Below, one piece after another: positions 24,625-38,053 of a stretch of DNA of 64,000 nt; position 1 is the first letter of the stretch, and every line of letters starts with the position of its first letter. A program made the translations under genes and the position numbers. The notes under the pieces are model-generated. The model was not told the origin of the DNA. It saw only the letters and a program-made list of their open reading frames with translations, and did not search any database. Source of the DNA: Octopus sinensis (lineage: Eukaryota); assembly GCF_006345805.1 (NCBI RefSeq), contig NC_043003.1:4278001-4342000 (forward strand), written 5' to 3'.

Positions 24625-27587
24625 GGTGCGCGCACTTGCATGTTTTCATAGGCTTTTATATTTCATTTTTGATTATGTATGTATAATGCATACACACAAT
24701 TATATCCCGATTTTAGTGCACTCATTTTTCACTTAGTTTATGTTTCTTTCAGACAAGTTCTTGCACACACACACACACACTTGTACATCTACACACACAT
24801 ACCTGTACACCTACACCCATATACACACACACGCGCGCCCACACATACACGTATATCATTTCTTATTTGCACTTGTATTCTAAGCGACTTGATTCAAGAC
24901 TGTTGAAACCAAAAGATTTACTTGATTCTAGAATCCTTTTTGTCATAAGCACACAGACACTCATTCACCTCCTCCTTCTCCTCACCACAAGCATACACTT
25001 TTACCAGACACTCTTTCGTTCCCTTCTGCTTTATTATTTTGCAGTGATATTTTCGATACGAACATCGTGTATCAACATTTTTCAGAGCATATCTACGAAC
25101 TGGTCGCTGATATCTTACTTCATTGCATCTGTCTATTTCGAAGTAAGACGTTATAACAATTATGTTTTGTGTTGGTAACAACTTGTTTTGAATGCATATT
25201 CCGTTAGCTCTCTATATTTGAAGGCGGTGTCTTCACTGATGCTGACTGAAAGATTGAAGATTTATACTTTTCGATTAAATTCCCCTTCAGAATACAGAGC
25301 TACAAGTATGCCAGGATTTTGTATCTGTATATGCAGCTTTGCAGTAATTTTGCACTCTGCTCCTTGATCACATCGGACGCATTCGACACTTTAGTGGAGT
25401 GTAATCATTCAGGCGAAACTGAGGATTCTTCGTCGCTACCCAGAGTTTCTCGCGACATTAAATCCTTCAGCCGACAAAAAGGTTACCCATTCACGTGACG
25501 CCAGGGAGCCTGAAGAGCGATGCAATAAAACCACCAAACTCAGTTGGTCAGCCATTTTATACGAGTTAGCTTTGGCCTTCCATCTTGTTTCTCGAGTATT
25601 CATCAGTATGGTACTCCTGTAATAATTCTACTATTATGAACATGAAAAGTGGATGAGTTTACAGCAGCGGCAACCCATGATGCTACGAGGATTTTGGGAA
25701 CCTCGAAGGTTTTTGTTAATAAATTTACCTAAGTATATCGAGTTAAACACCCGTCATATTTAAATTAGTTATTCACGAGGATTTGGAGAACCTCTTCTTT
25801 ATTGGAACGAGGAAGCTAAAACTGCGGATATGAAGAAAATGAAATGTGAGAGGCGGTTTTGATGTGGCAGAGTCCAACTTAGAAATTAAAAGTAGGACGG
25901 AATTGAAACCGAAACCGCGTTGCTGCGATGCGAACGAACATCTTCACCGCATAGACATGTTTTCCGTGTCCATATTGAAATTTAAAAATATAATTTAAAA
26001 TTTTAGAAAATAAATCAAATTCTTTAGTATCATAACAAACGTGTTATTCGTAATTTTGCTACGCACAAATAGGATTAGTAAAACAGAAAGCAGTCTTATA
26101 GAGGTTTCAAAATATTTTTACTTTCAAGCAGTTTTTCTTCAACTTTTCATTTGAAGTGCCCCCCCCCCACTTTTTTTTTACCTACGAAATCAAAAATATT
26201 GAGAACGTTTCTTTTGAGAAGTCCATGAAGCCTTTCAGTTCTTTGGTCTCCGAAAGAAAATGTCAGATAAGGCACCGGTCAGTGCCTTTGGTTATAACGT
26301 TCATACCTTTATGTTTGTACGAAAAATCAATATAATAAAACAATGACAGCGTGGAAGGGGCGCGTGCACACACAGACACACAACACACACACACACACAG
26401 CATTATTTGGTGTCAAAATCTTCGATCCAGTTACAGACGATGTTTCAATGAACTTTTTTTTGTTTGCTTGAATGATTAATAGGTGTCTTCCGCGCTGTAA
26501 TAATCTTAGTTTCACTCTGTCTCACATCAAATCACTCGCCTCGTATGTACATCTCCAAAACACACTAAATGTTTCTAACATAGATATAAAACCTGGAATT
26601 CCTTGTAGAAGTGTTAGTCGGTTATATCAACCCCAGAAGTTGACTGGTACTTTGATTCAAAAGAACGACAGACAAAGTTGACCTTGGTAACATCTGAAGA
26701 TCTCGATGTAAAGCAATGGAACAGGTATCGCTGTTTCTTTTACAGCATTTTTTGTGACACTTCATTAATTTTGATAAGTATATCGTATTTCTGGAATACT
26801 CGGCCACATACTAATTCAGTCAGTAAGTCAAACAGTTTAGCAAACATCTGAATCCTTACCGCCCAAAACGACAGAAACCCCCCACACACACACACGCGCG
26901 AGCACACACACATCCCGGGATATATCTGCATTAAGTACGATCCATTGATTGTTATTTTAATGTAATATTGCTTCCGTTGTTTTCATATAACAAATATCTG
27001 CGCAGACTCCAAAAGCTGACTTCCAATATGGAACTCACAAGCGACGGGATCGATCGTAGAACCATCACGATATTGAACTCACACAGGCGAAGCTATCACA
27101 TGATGCACGGTGGACGAAGGCAAAAAGGTTTTGAAAAGGCGAGCTGTTAACTCATTCATGTTTCTGGGCGTCCAATGTTTAGCGTTGTTAGTAACTGTGG
27201 ACATGTTTGTGACATTTACATCTGATCTTCACCTCTTAGCATAAAGAAGTGATAACTGGTCCACACAACCTCCTAAGTAAACACGAGTCTTATCACTACG
27301 ATGTCATAACTCGTTCACACAACCTCTTAAATAAACATAGGTCTTAACATGTGACCTTTGTCATAATACTGATCTTTCTTAGTCGGTGGTGTTGGTGGTG
27401 GTAGTAGTGATTATGGTCGATTTAATAGTGGTGGCGGTGTTGAAAGTGTCTTCTTAGTAGTGGCAGTGAGGGTGTGGATGCTGGCGATATCAGTGGTTGC
27501 GTTTTTAGTTTAGTCTAGCAGGGCCTTAATTGAATAAACCCGACAAAGCCATTCCACCTGTGACCACATCTTCTGTTAAATGTATCC

Positions 27588-27745
27588 AATACTGGTTTCA
27601 AATGTCGGTACAAGGCCAACAATTTCAATTACATCGGTACCAGTGATCTGTTGGGGACTTTCTTTTATCGATTCGAACTCACAGCGTACAGACGGCTGAA
27701 GTGCCGCCGGCCCTTTTACCCGGTGTGCCAACGATTCTGCCAGCG
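27588..27745 (-). mobile_element. Degenerate SINE family B-related copy
   Basis: Partial head (aacgattctgccag) and tail, with internal deletion. Confidence 0.6.
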
Positions 27746-28658
27746 CTAATATTACATTGATAATGGATCTTTCTCATTTTAAAAGGATAGAAATTGATTT
27801 GAGGAAGTTAAACAGTTGTCTAACTTTATGTAGAGGATCCTTATATAAGTCGTGGATGATGAAATGCGATACAGTCGTGACCATCCTGCCTCAGTGGAAA
27901 ATATATTTCATATTCAGGATATACAAGTTATTGTAAACATACGTTTCCTTCCTTTCCGGGACAAGTTTGACCAGGGGCTAAACAACAAGCGCAGCAGCAG
28001 TAACAACAACAACAATAACAACATCAGGAACTTCAACAGCGGCCACATCCCCAGTATTAACACCAACACTGAACCACCACCATCGCCGCCGCCGCCACCA
28101 CAGCAACTGTAATGCAACCACCATCAACACAGCCTCCACCATCACCACCAGTAACACAACCTCCGCCATTACCAACAGAAAACCCCCATCGTCAACATTA
28201 ACACCTCTCCCGCCACCACCGCAAGCAACTCCCACACACCACGCACCCACCACCACCACCACCACCATTCACCCCATCCCCACCACCTCCCTGCCTCAGT
28301 ATAATCCCTGATAAAGTAAACAGCAGCCACTAGTCAAAATGGTGACTAATTCAGACAGGTTTGTCCACTTGGCTTCTCCAAACTCTCTCACCAAATGACG
28401 CCATTTTCTATCGAACAATGTCGTCAATAGATTAGGTTTATTGGCGCCGTGAATATCGATTAATGCATCATCGATATTGGTGGTAGTCTTATTAGTCAAC
28501 ATCAATCATCATCATCACCCTCCCCCACCCCAAGAACATGTAGGAATCGCGTTTTAACGATATTAGATAAAATTGAACAAATAAATTGAAATATCTACTC
28601 ATTGAAATGGAGATAACAACCGCGGTTGTTGCACTCGTGTGTGTATGTGTGTGTGAAC

Positions 28659-28699
<41 letters not shown>

Positions 28700-28985
28700 A
28701 AGTGCGATAACTCTAAACACATGTTCACACACGTGTTTGGTGTGATTTCTCCGGGTTGTTTACGCGCGGTCAAACAGTCGTAGATCGAATTACATTCACT
28801 TATTGATTACCATTTACTGACCACGACATGTGCAAATAGTAGGTGTGTGTTTATCCATATATATGTATATATTTATATATCCCTCTCTATCTCTCTCTAT
28901 ATATATATTTATATCTCCCCCTCTCTCTCTCTCTCATATATATAATATATATATATATATTTATATCTCCTTCTCTCTCTCTTTA

Positions 28986-29022
<37 letters not shown>

Positions 29023-29036
29023 CCCTCTCTATCTCT

Positions 29037-29070
<34 letters not shown>

Positions 29071-29172
29071 ATATATATATATATATATGAATAAATGAAA
29101 GAATGGAGTCGAACGAAGATGTTAACAAAATTCCATGCTGACGATAAACATAGGATAATTCATTCACCTACT

Positions 29173-29207
<35 letters not shown>

Positions 29208-29421
29208 CCCTAATTAGATGAGCATATAACAACATGGTAGCCGACACTCAAGATCTTTAGTGAGACACAACTTTATCGATGTACGTAATAAGACCCAGAC
29301 TGCAAAATCGATACGACACAATATATTAAACGGAGTCCTACACATAAACAACAACAGCAGGACAGGTCGAAGCGAACGTCGTACAGAATAAAGTTGAATA
29401 CCAAATCCATCTCCTCGTTAC

Positions 29422-29453
<32 letters not shown>

Positions 29454-29560
29454 TATCAATAGTAATAAAGGGTAAAATTAATTAATTAACTAGTAATTAA
29501 TAATTCCACCAAGTAGAATTCGGCATGAAAAAAGGACCATTTTTCGGTAAACTTAAACAA

Positions 29561-29896
29561 TATTTTATAATTACGAGTATAATTATAATTAGGGTTCGGC
29601 AAAGATTTGCTTTACCAAATACCGAACTTTAGAAATTGCAGCCAAAGAACCTTAGCTATTTCTTCTACTATAAGAAGAGACTCCTGGACAAAACAAAATA
29701 CTCGAAATAACCCACGCAGACAGAGAGGAAAACTAACGAGATTTACTTATTTCGAGTATTTTGTTTTGTCCGGGAGTCTCTTCTAATAGTAGAAGAAATA
29801 GCTAAGGTTCTTTGGCTGCTATTTCTAAAGTTCGGTATTTGGTAAAGCAAATCTTTGCTAAACCCTAATTATAATTATACTCATAATTATAAAATA
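29561..29896. repeat. Near-perfect 150-bp inverted repeat with 36-nt spacer
   Basis: 29561-29710 versus 29747-29896, about 6 mismatches. The arm segment agggtt...accaaataccgaactttagaaat resembles the 5' region of the Penelope remnant at about 51695. Confidence 0.92.
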
Positions 29897-29900
29897 TGTT

Positions 29901-29956
<56 letters not shown>

Positions 29957-30099
29957 ATTTTTCAATATTTACAAATAACACGGAAAAAAATAAATAGTTA
30001 CCGGTGTCGCAAAAATTCACAAAGTACCAAGGATGTAACAGCCTATTTGTAAATGGAGAAATTCCATTGCTTAGTGAAATGTTTTTGTATTACATAGAT

Positions 30100-30692
30100 A
30101 AATAAATGGAGTTAAACACAGGTATTATTCAAATCTTTATACTTTCGACATATGTTTCGAAGAAAACATTAGCATTATTCCGGAAGGAATAAAATGTAAA
30201 ACAATGCAATCTTCTCATCAGGGGAAAAAAAGAGAAACAAAACGCACCGATAGGATATTTTAACTGAATGTGATTACTGCATATATAACGAAGGGAAAGC
30301 TGGTAGGTTATTTTATTTTAACCGTTAATATATATAAGGTCAAAGGCAATTTGTAGAAAAAGAAGGAAGAAAGAAATTAACCGAAAATTAAAAGTGGAGA
30401 AATATATTGCGATAGGTGAATAGGAATAAAGGTAAAAGGCCTTTCACGTTACATATACTAACGTTCTTTTTTTTAAATAACGCACCAGCGTTCCCTTCAT
30501 CATATATTCAGTAATCACGTTCGGTTAAAATGTCTTATTGATGCCTTTTGTTTCTCTTCCGTTCCCCGCGAAGAGAAGATTGCATTGTGTTATATCATTT
30601 TATTCCTTCTGGAATAATACCAATGTTTTCTTTGAAACATATGTCGGAAGTATGAAGATTTGAATAACACCTGCGTTTAACTCCATATATTT
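30100..30692. mobile_element. Foldback element with arms of about 220 bp, each carrying a hammerhead motif
   Basis: 30100-30320 is an imperfect reverse complement of about 30475-30692. Confidence 0.85.
30142..30226 (-). ncRNA. Hammerhead ribozyme-like motif with canonical core
   Basis: CUGAUGA (30221-30215), GAAGA...UCUUC helix II, GAAA (30158-30155), CAUAUG palindrome, GUC triplet; predicted cut between 30147 and 30146. Confidence 0.75.
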
Positions 30693-30917
30693 TTCGTTTC
30701 ATGTTCGTCTCTGTTGCGTTGCATTCTTTCCTTCTGTGGCTGGCTGATTCAGAGCGGATCTCAGAATTAAACAGCCGAAATTTGCGATGAGGGATCAGTT
30801 TCTGACTGAAGAATGAAGGCTTTGAATGACCCGTTTGTCTTTTTGTTCGTCCCTTCGTGTATTTCATGTTATTTATTTATGTAAAGGTTTATTATATATA
30901 TATATATATATATATAT

Positions 30918-31460
30918 ACGAGCAAAACGCCCCCCGTTCAATGAGCGGTGCTGAGTTGTCAAACATTTAAACCAAATTTTCTCAAAACAACTTCATCCCA
31001 TAGTCCTCCCCTTCGAGAAACACTGATTTAACCTAAATTTGAGACACCAGCAAAAGAAGAAATAAAGATAGACTTTTTTTTTATTCCAAAGAAAAACGAT
31101 TTTATTTACACAAATATGCAACCGAAGAGTTTAAAGTACCAGAAATGATAAGGCTGTTGACTGGGAGAACACAAACATGGTTTAAACAGTAAGCTTGGCA
31201 GGAAAGAAACGTGCCTTTAAGCAGTACAAAAACAACAACAAAAATGGAAGGTGCAGTTATGTACAGGTTGACGGAAGAAAAGCAGGACAAAAACGACTTT
31301 ATCGATTGCATTCTCACCTGGAATCGATTTTTTCAAGACTTATACACGCCCTGATACAGTCGGTATCTACATATCAAATTTGAGCGCAATCGGATGGAGG
31401 ATGCTCGAGATCCTAGAAGGAATACACACAGACAGACAGAACGGATTTTATATAATATGT
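30918..31460 (+). mobile_element. Possible non-autonomous Helitron/Helentron-type element
   Basis: The 3' part atcaaatttgagcgcaatcggatggagg...acagacagacagaacggattttatata resembles HINE/DINE-like ends (from memory). Confidence 0.4.
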
Positions 31461-31479
31461 GTGTATATGTGTGTGTGTG

Positions 31480-31715
31480 TACAGGGTGCGACAGAAAGGT
31501 CCCCACCCCCCGATTTCAAAAGTTAACAAAAATCAAACATGATGATGCATGAAAAATCTTTCTATTCCAATGAAGTTCATTAAATGCCATTTTGTTTTTC
31601 TATTTCAGATGGTACCCACCATGGCCTGGAATGGAGAGCATCACTTTTTCCCCTATCTACATGTTTATTTTTTATTACCCTTTCAAATAGGAGAACCTTT
31701 CTGCTGTACCCTGTA
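31480..31715. mobile_element. Tc1/mariner-type MITE
   Basis: TA-bounded TIRs tacagggtgcgacagaaagg / cctttctgctgtaccctgta. Confidence 0.85.
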
Positions 31716-31719
31716 TTTA

Positions 31720-31755
<36 letters not shown>

Positions 31756-31770
31756 ATATATATATATATA

Positions 31771-31890
31771 GCACGTCACGTGATCACGTGACCGACCAGA
31801 CCATCAGATGCTGTTACACATCGCTGGTCACAAAGCGTTCGCATTGTTTTAGCTTCGAATGACGCCACCCCGCTGGCTAAGCGAGCAGGT
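31771..31890 (-). mobile_element. SINE family D tail fragment (other copies at 45178-45294, 60272-60392, 61191-61313)
   Basis: cacgtgatcacgtgaccgaccagaccatcagatg...gctggctaagcgagcagg, embedded in (TA)n. Confidence 0.88.
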
Positions 31891-31899
31891 TAATATATA

Positions 31900-31943
<44 letters not shown>

Positions 31944-32072
31944 TACTACTACTACTACTACTACTAATATAGGATGAAGTTTTTATTACAGAAAAAAAAT
32001 TCCATAAAAAAATGTGGCAGCATATTAAAATACCTTTACGGTTAAAATTATAAGTTGTACACACACACATAC

Positions 32073-32128
<56 letters not shown>

Positions 32129-32148
32129 ATATATATATATATATTAGT

Positions 32149-32233
32149 GTGGAGGCGCAATGGACTAGTTGTTAGTGCAGCGGACTCGCGGTTTCGATCC
32201 CCAGACCGGGCGTTGTGAGTGTTTATTGAGCGA
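32149..32233 (+). mobile_element. SINE family C tRNA-like head only
   Basis: gtggaggcgcaatggactagttgttag...ggtttcgatccccagaccgggcg. Confidence 0.85.
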
Positions 32234-32420
32234 CCCCCCCACACACACACACACACAAGCAAGCACACAACAAGAATAAGCACACAGAGGAACAAGCGCG
32301 CACGCACAGCCCATTAGCTTTCACTTCCCAATTGACAAGCCAACACGTGGTCATGGGAATGACCGATTCAGTGTTTACATTATTTCGAGTTAAAACGAAA
32401 GATTGCTATATATATATATA

Positions 32421-32928
<508 letters not shown>

Positions 32929-33321
32929 TGTGTGTGTGTGGTAAATGAGAGACGGAAGATGGAATATACGAGAGTTTTTATTATTAATCACGACAATTGT
33001 TTCGACACATCTAGCATCGATCCCTCACTTAACCGGTTCAGAAGCATCAGGTGGTGAAGATGTACATCACATCGGGTGATGTTACAACTCGTTAAAATAG
33101 ATACAACTCAATAAAATAACAGCTCCGCACCGTGTCTTCTCCTTTCTTAGAATGAAAAGTAGCAAAACGAAGACAATATCTTCATTTACTTAGAAGATCA
33201 AAAATAATATCACAGATGCAAAGAAGAAACGAACACGCAATACAACGAGAAGAGTATTAAAAATAACCGTTAACTAAGATCGAAGTATAAACGCCCTCGC
33301 GCAAGCTACATGGCGCATGTA

Positions 33322-33709
33322 TAGTAGGAGCACTCCGTCGGTTACGACGATGAGGGTCCCAGCTGATACGATCAACGGAACAGCTTGCTCGTGGAATTAA
33401 CGTGCAAGTGGCTGAGCACTCCACAGACACGTGTACCCTTAACGTAGTTCTCGAGGAGATTCGGCGTGACACAGAGAGTGATAAGGCCGGCCCTTTGAAA
33501 TACAGGTACAACAGAAACAGGAAGAAAGAGTGAGAGAAAGTCGTGGTGAAAGAGTACAGCAGGGATCACCACCATCCCCTGCCGGAGCCTTGTGAAGCTT
33601 TAGGTGGTTTCGCTCAATAAACACTCACAATGCCCGGTCTGGGAATCGAAACCGCGATCCTACGACCGCGAGTCCGCTGCCCTAACCACTGGGCCATTGC
33701 GCCTCCACT
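33322..33709 (-). mobile_element. SINE family C, full length with 12-bp TSD
   Basis: TSD atggcgcatgta at 33310-33321 and 33710-33721. The head is tRNA-like and resembles the octopus OR-type SINEs (from memory). Confidence 0.95.
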
Positions 33710-34870
33710 ATGGCGCATGTACACTCGCTCATACAAGCATCCACGAAAATGTAAACATACACACACATGTGGTTTGGTGAACTCACGATCAAAAAGCGAA
33801 TTAAATAGTTACTTGGTGTTTATAAGAATGAGGAGGTTAAAACTAAACTTCATTCATCCGAACCGAATTGTAAATTATGTTAATAGTTACTCAAATTCAT
33901 TCCCACAGCATTTAGCGAAAGTACGTTTAAATGCATTTAGACATGTTGAGAATCTTTCAGAAATTCTATTAATGATCTTCTCATGTGTCCACTTTTCGGT
34001 CGCAAAGTGTTCAATATTGTTCGATATACAGTTAATAGAGAGCATTATGTACAAAAACGAGATAATCATACAACATGTGTGGTGTTCAATAAATACATGC
34101 AAAAACATGGATATTAATGGTCACATTGATATCGATATCAATAAGCAACAAAAATTAATATTGATATTAATAGGCAACAAAAATTTCTTTTTTTTTTCTT
34201 TCTCCAGTTTCATGCAAAAGATTTTATGAGTTAAGAAGTAGAGAAAACTGCAGTCGATGGCAAATCATATTTTGTTTGAATGATTCTCGGTCACCAACAT
34301 GGAAAGATGTTTGATCAAGGTTTACCGTCCTAGAATTACAAAAGAATGAGAAAACCGAAATTGCACTTACCTTATTTAATATTCTAACTCGATTGCCCGT
34401 GGCTCGTTGGGCCACCAATAGTTCAAGGTATCCGAAAATATCGCGTATCTCGGGGAATCCGTGGTCTGAATTACGCGAACTTATTCTATTCCGTTTGTAT
34501 TCACATTTCAATGGTGCCCTACTTTCAGAGAATTTTCCCAATATGCGCCCAATATATATTAAATTACAGACAAGCAAGTAATCACAGACTTTTAGTAATA
34601 GACAGTCCACCACCTCTGACCGGAGAGTAGTGCTCAATATTTCCAAGTAAAACCCTCAGTGGTCGGAAAGCAGAAGTTCTAGGGTTTAAGACGGCATTTT
34701 TACGTGTACCTCCACATTATATAGAGTCAGAGAATCCATTAGAATCTAGACGCATCAACACGGTGGACGCCAGGAATGGCTACGCACCATAACATTGAAT
34801 TCACAGCGAAGTAAAATAACATTTGGGCATTATTTGTTGGTTGTATACAGCAGGTGTATATGTACTAATC

Positions 34871-35195
34871 GAGGGCGCGTGGCTTAGTGGTTAGGGCATT
34901 CGGCTCATGATCGTAAGGTTGTGAGTTCGATTCCCGGCGACGCGTTGTGTCCTTGAGTAAGACACTTTATTTCACGTTGCTCCAGTCCACTCAGCTGGCA
35001 AAAATGAGTTGTACTTGTATTTCAAAGGGTCAGCCTTGTCACTCTCTGTGTCACGCTGATTATCCCCGAGAACTACGTTAAGGGTACACGTGTCTGTGGA
35101 ATGCTCAGCCATTTGCACGTTAATTTCACGAGCAAGCTGTTCCGTTGATCGTATCAGCTGGGACCCTCGTCGTCGTAACCGGCGGAGTACAAAGA
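34871..35195 (+). mobile_element. SINE family C2 (different tRNA head and body, same 3' tail as C) with 11-bp TSD
   Basis: TSD atgtactaatc at 34860-34870 and 35196-35206. Confidence 0.93.
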
Positions 35196-35838
35196 ATGTA
35201 CTAATCCAATATAAAACGTAGATCCGATTCAGGGCTGGTTCCAGGTGTGGGATGCAGTGGTTGTAATAACTGGTACCATAGAATTAGTTATTAAAATTTC
35301 AAGCTCCAAGATATCAGACTGGATACTAAGTACGCCATAGATATTCCGAATTTACTGGTAAGTGAACAGAGAAAAAAAAATTTCTGGATGGCCAGAAGCA
35401 GATAATATACGGAGAAGAAAAGAGGAAAAAATATCGAACATTTCTTCGCAATTGTGGGGAAGGGATGTAAGGGGAGGTGGTTATCTGCTTTTAGAATTAA
35501 AATTTAACAGAAGGTTAATGATAAATTACAGAATGGCAACAGTGTAAATTACACGGTCAGGTGTTCAAATTCGCCATGGTTCTATATATTATGGTGAATG
35601 TTCAGAATGGTGTATTTTGCAGGTGTTTCTCTCTCGCTCCAAATCTCTTGTTTATAAAACACAATTATATGTGTCTGTGGAAGGTTAATAAATAAATCGA
35701 ATGAAAACAGAAATAACAAAAAAAAAAACTAAAGGAAAGAAATAATGAATAGAAATTTTATTTTTTAAATGAAGTCTCTTGTGTTCACGAAGCAATGTGG
35801 TTGTAAGTCTATACACACACCATAATATATAAACCATT

Positions 35839-36071
35839 AAGGCGGCGAGCTGGCAGAAACGTTAGCACGCCGGGCGAAATGCGTAGCCGTATTTCGTCTG
35901 CCGTTACGTTCTGGGTTCAAATTCCGCCGAGGTCGACTTTGCCTTTCATCCTTTCGGGGTCGATTAAATAAGTACCAGTTACGCACTGAGGTCGATGTAA
36001 ACGACTTAGTACTCTTGACTGTCATTGTTTGTCCCCTCTATGTTGAGCCCCTTGTGGGCAATAAAGAATTA
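35839..36071 (+). mobile_element. SINE family B, full length with 15-bp TSD
   Basis: TSD aatatataaaccatt at 35824-35838 and 36072-36086. Confidence 0.95.
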
Positions 36072-36161
36072 AATATATAAACCATTGTGTATCTGAACAT
36101 CTGACCATGCAATTAACAGTTCAACCATTTTGTAATGTGCGTGTGTGTGAATGTGTGTGAA

Positions 36162-36388
36162 TACGAGGGGTTTCTGAAAAGTTCCTGGTTTTAAGGGTGT
36201 CACGAAAGGCCTGATTGGAGGCCCAATATTCCAAATTCCTTTACGGGGCTTAGAAAAACTGAAGGACCACTGCAATAAGTGTGTGAATCTGAGAGGGGAA
36301 TAAGTTGGATACAATTATTATTAACTAATTCCTCCTCTATCTTCTTTTACCCAAAGCCAGGAACTTTTCAGCACCCCCCCCCTTCATA
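36162..36388 (+). mobile_element. Mariner deletion derivative
   Basis: TIR tacgagggg..tgaaaagttcctgg / ccaggaacttttcagcacccc. Internal GLRKLKDHCNKCVNLRGE resembles the transposase C-terminus. Confidence 0.8.
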
Positions 36389-36525
36389 CGTAAAATTACA
36401 CGTGTTTGAATGATTTATAAAGAAAAATTAAGAATTCCTCAAAATTAATCGATATATTGTAATTGTTATGTTCGAGGGTTCAAATCTTGCTTCAGCTTTC
36501 TTTAATGACGTTTTGAAATGTTATA

Positions 36526-36755
36526 GATTTATTTCCTTATTGCTCACAAGGGGCTAAACAAAGAGGGGACAAACAAGGACAGACAAAGGGATTAAGCCGA
36601 TTACATCAACCTTCAGTGCGTAACTGGTACTTATTATTTAATCGACCCCGAAAGGATGAAAGGCAAAGTCAACCTCGGCGGAATTTGAACTCAGAACGGC
36701 AGACGGCATACCGCTAGGAAGTTCACCCGGCCTGCTAATGTTTCTGCCAGCTCAC
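36526..36755 (-). mobile_element. SINE family B with TSD-like flanks
   Basis: cgttttgaaatgttata at 36509 and 36756. Confidence 0.9.
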
Positions 36756-36954
36756 CGTTTTGAAATGTTATATATTATGGACTATTTACGTTCGACCCAG
36801 AGTACGATTTAAAACTGTAAAACAAAGGAACGGTGTGTATAACATTGATGATATATAAATCATAATACTATTCTGTGTGTCTATAGTAGTTTGTTTGTTT
36901 CATGTTATGAAAATTATCCGTTATGAACTTGGACATAAAAACAGCGAATAAATA

Positions 36955-37105
36955 TTCTTCTCTCAGGCACAAGGCCCGCGATTCTGAAGTACTTATGTTA
37001 ACGCCCCGAAAAGATTAATTTCAAATCAACCGCGGTGAAACTTGAACTCAGATCGTAAAAGCAGATGAAAATTAGTTTACCTGGCGTGCTAACGATTCTG
37101 CCAAC
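36955..37105 (-). mobile_element. Degenerate SINE family B-related copy
   Basis: Decayed core and head remnants. Confidence 0.6.
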
Positions 37106-37235
37106 GCGGTGGCTTCAGTAAATACTCCTGTTAATACTGATTTTTCAGTGGACACGATATTGCTGCCCAGGTAACTAAACTCGTTGATATTAAATCTCAC
37201 ATTGCTAAGGCTTCGGCAGCTGCAGAAGATGCTGC

Positions 37236-37871
37236 GGATCTTTTCCTTTTGAACGGCAGATGTCAACACAATTTCTAGTTAATTAAACACCTTTAAACTT
37301 CGTATACTGGTAGAATGTGTTTATAAAACATCATTTTCTCTTGGTTTTATTGAGAAAATTCTATAGTTTGTAAGATATTTCGTCTGAAAATCCGAGCATT
37401 TCGGCAATTTTAACCAATCAATTACCTCCATTCAACTAAATTCATTTGCTGCGTCTAAAACTGAGACATCCTGTAACTAACCCTAAACCTCCCCCCTAAC
37501 CCTAATTTTTTTTCTTAATTGTAAAATTAATTTAATTCCATTGCTTTAGTTTTTTTTACACGCGTAACAATTAAATTAATTTAGCAATTAAGAAGAAAAA
37601 ATTTAGGGTTAGGGTTAGGGTTAGGGGGGAGGTTTAGGGTTAGTTACAGGATGTTGTCTCAGTTTTAGACGCAGCAAATGATTTTAGCTCAAAAGAGAGC
37701 ATAGGATTGGTTAAAATTCGAAAAATTAAACTACTTTAAACAAACAAATTACAATTTTCTCAAGAAAGCCAAGAGAAAAAAATGTTTTATTTTGACACAT
37801 TCTACCAGTATACGAAGTTTTAAAGTGTTTAGTTAACTAGAAATTGTCTGCCGTTCAAAAGGAAAAGATCC
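37236..37871. mobile_element. Long-TIR foldback (arms about 300 bp) containing TTAGGG units
   Basis: ggatcttttccttttgaacggcaga...tctgccgttcaaaaggaaaagatcc; the inner arms contain ctaaccctaa / (ttaggg)3-4. Confidence 0.88.
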
Positions 37872-38053
37872 AATGCTGTTGCTGTTGCTGTTGAACGTAG
37901 TGGTCTTCGTCCAGTGGGAGAAGTCCGATATGTGCTCCTTTGCTATTCGTAAGACCCGCAGAAGAGAAAGCAGGTTAACCCCTGACACCGAGAGCATCGA
38001 CGGATGGATGAATGCGCATCCAGGCTCAGAGGTTGCGTAGGAAGTCGGGGACG

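Noticed and set aside
27852-28505. ORFs MDDEMRYSRD...PPPPPQQL (+) and MMLTNKTT...YQGLY (-)
   Set aside because: They are short, overlap trinucleotide low-complexity sequence, and have no recognisable domain or convincing pair of splice sites.
33640-33709. tRNA gene-like sequences (also 34871, 8952, 56082)
   Set aside because: These are SINE heads: they continue into SINE bodies, have TSDs, and lack a proper acceptor stem and terminator.
33630-34229. 199-aa ORF
   Set aside because: It starts inside an antisense SINE, continues through AT-rich sequence, and has no recognisable motif.
37590-37645. Interstitial telomere or chromosome fusion site
   Set aside because: Only 3-4 TTAGGG units, located within the arm of a foldback element.
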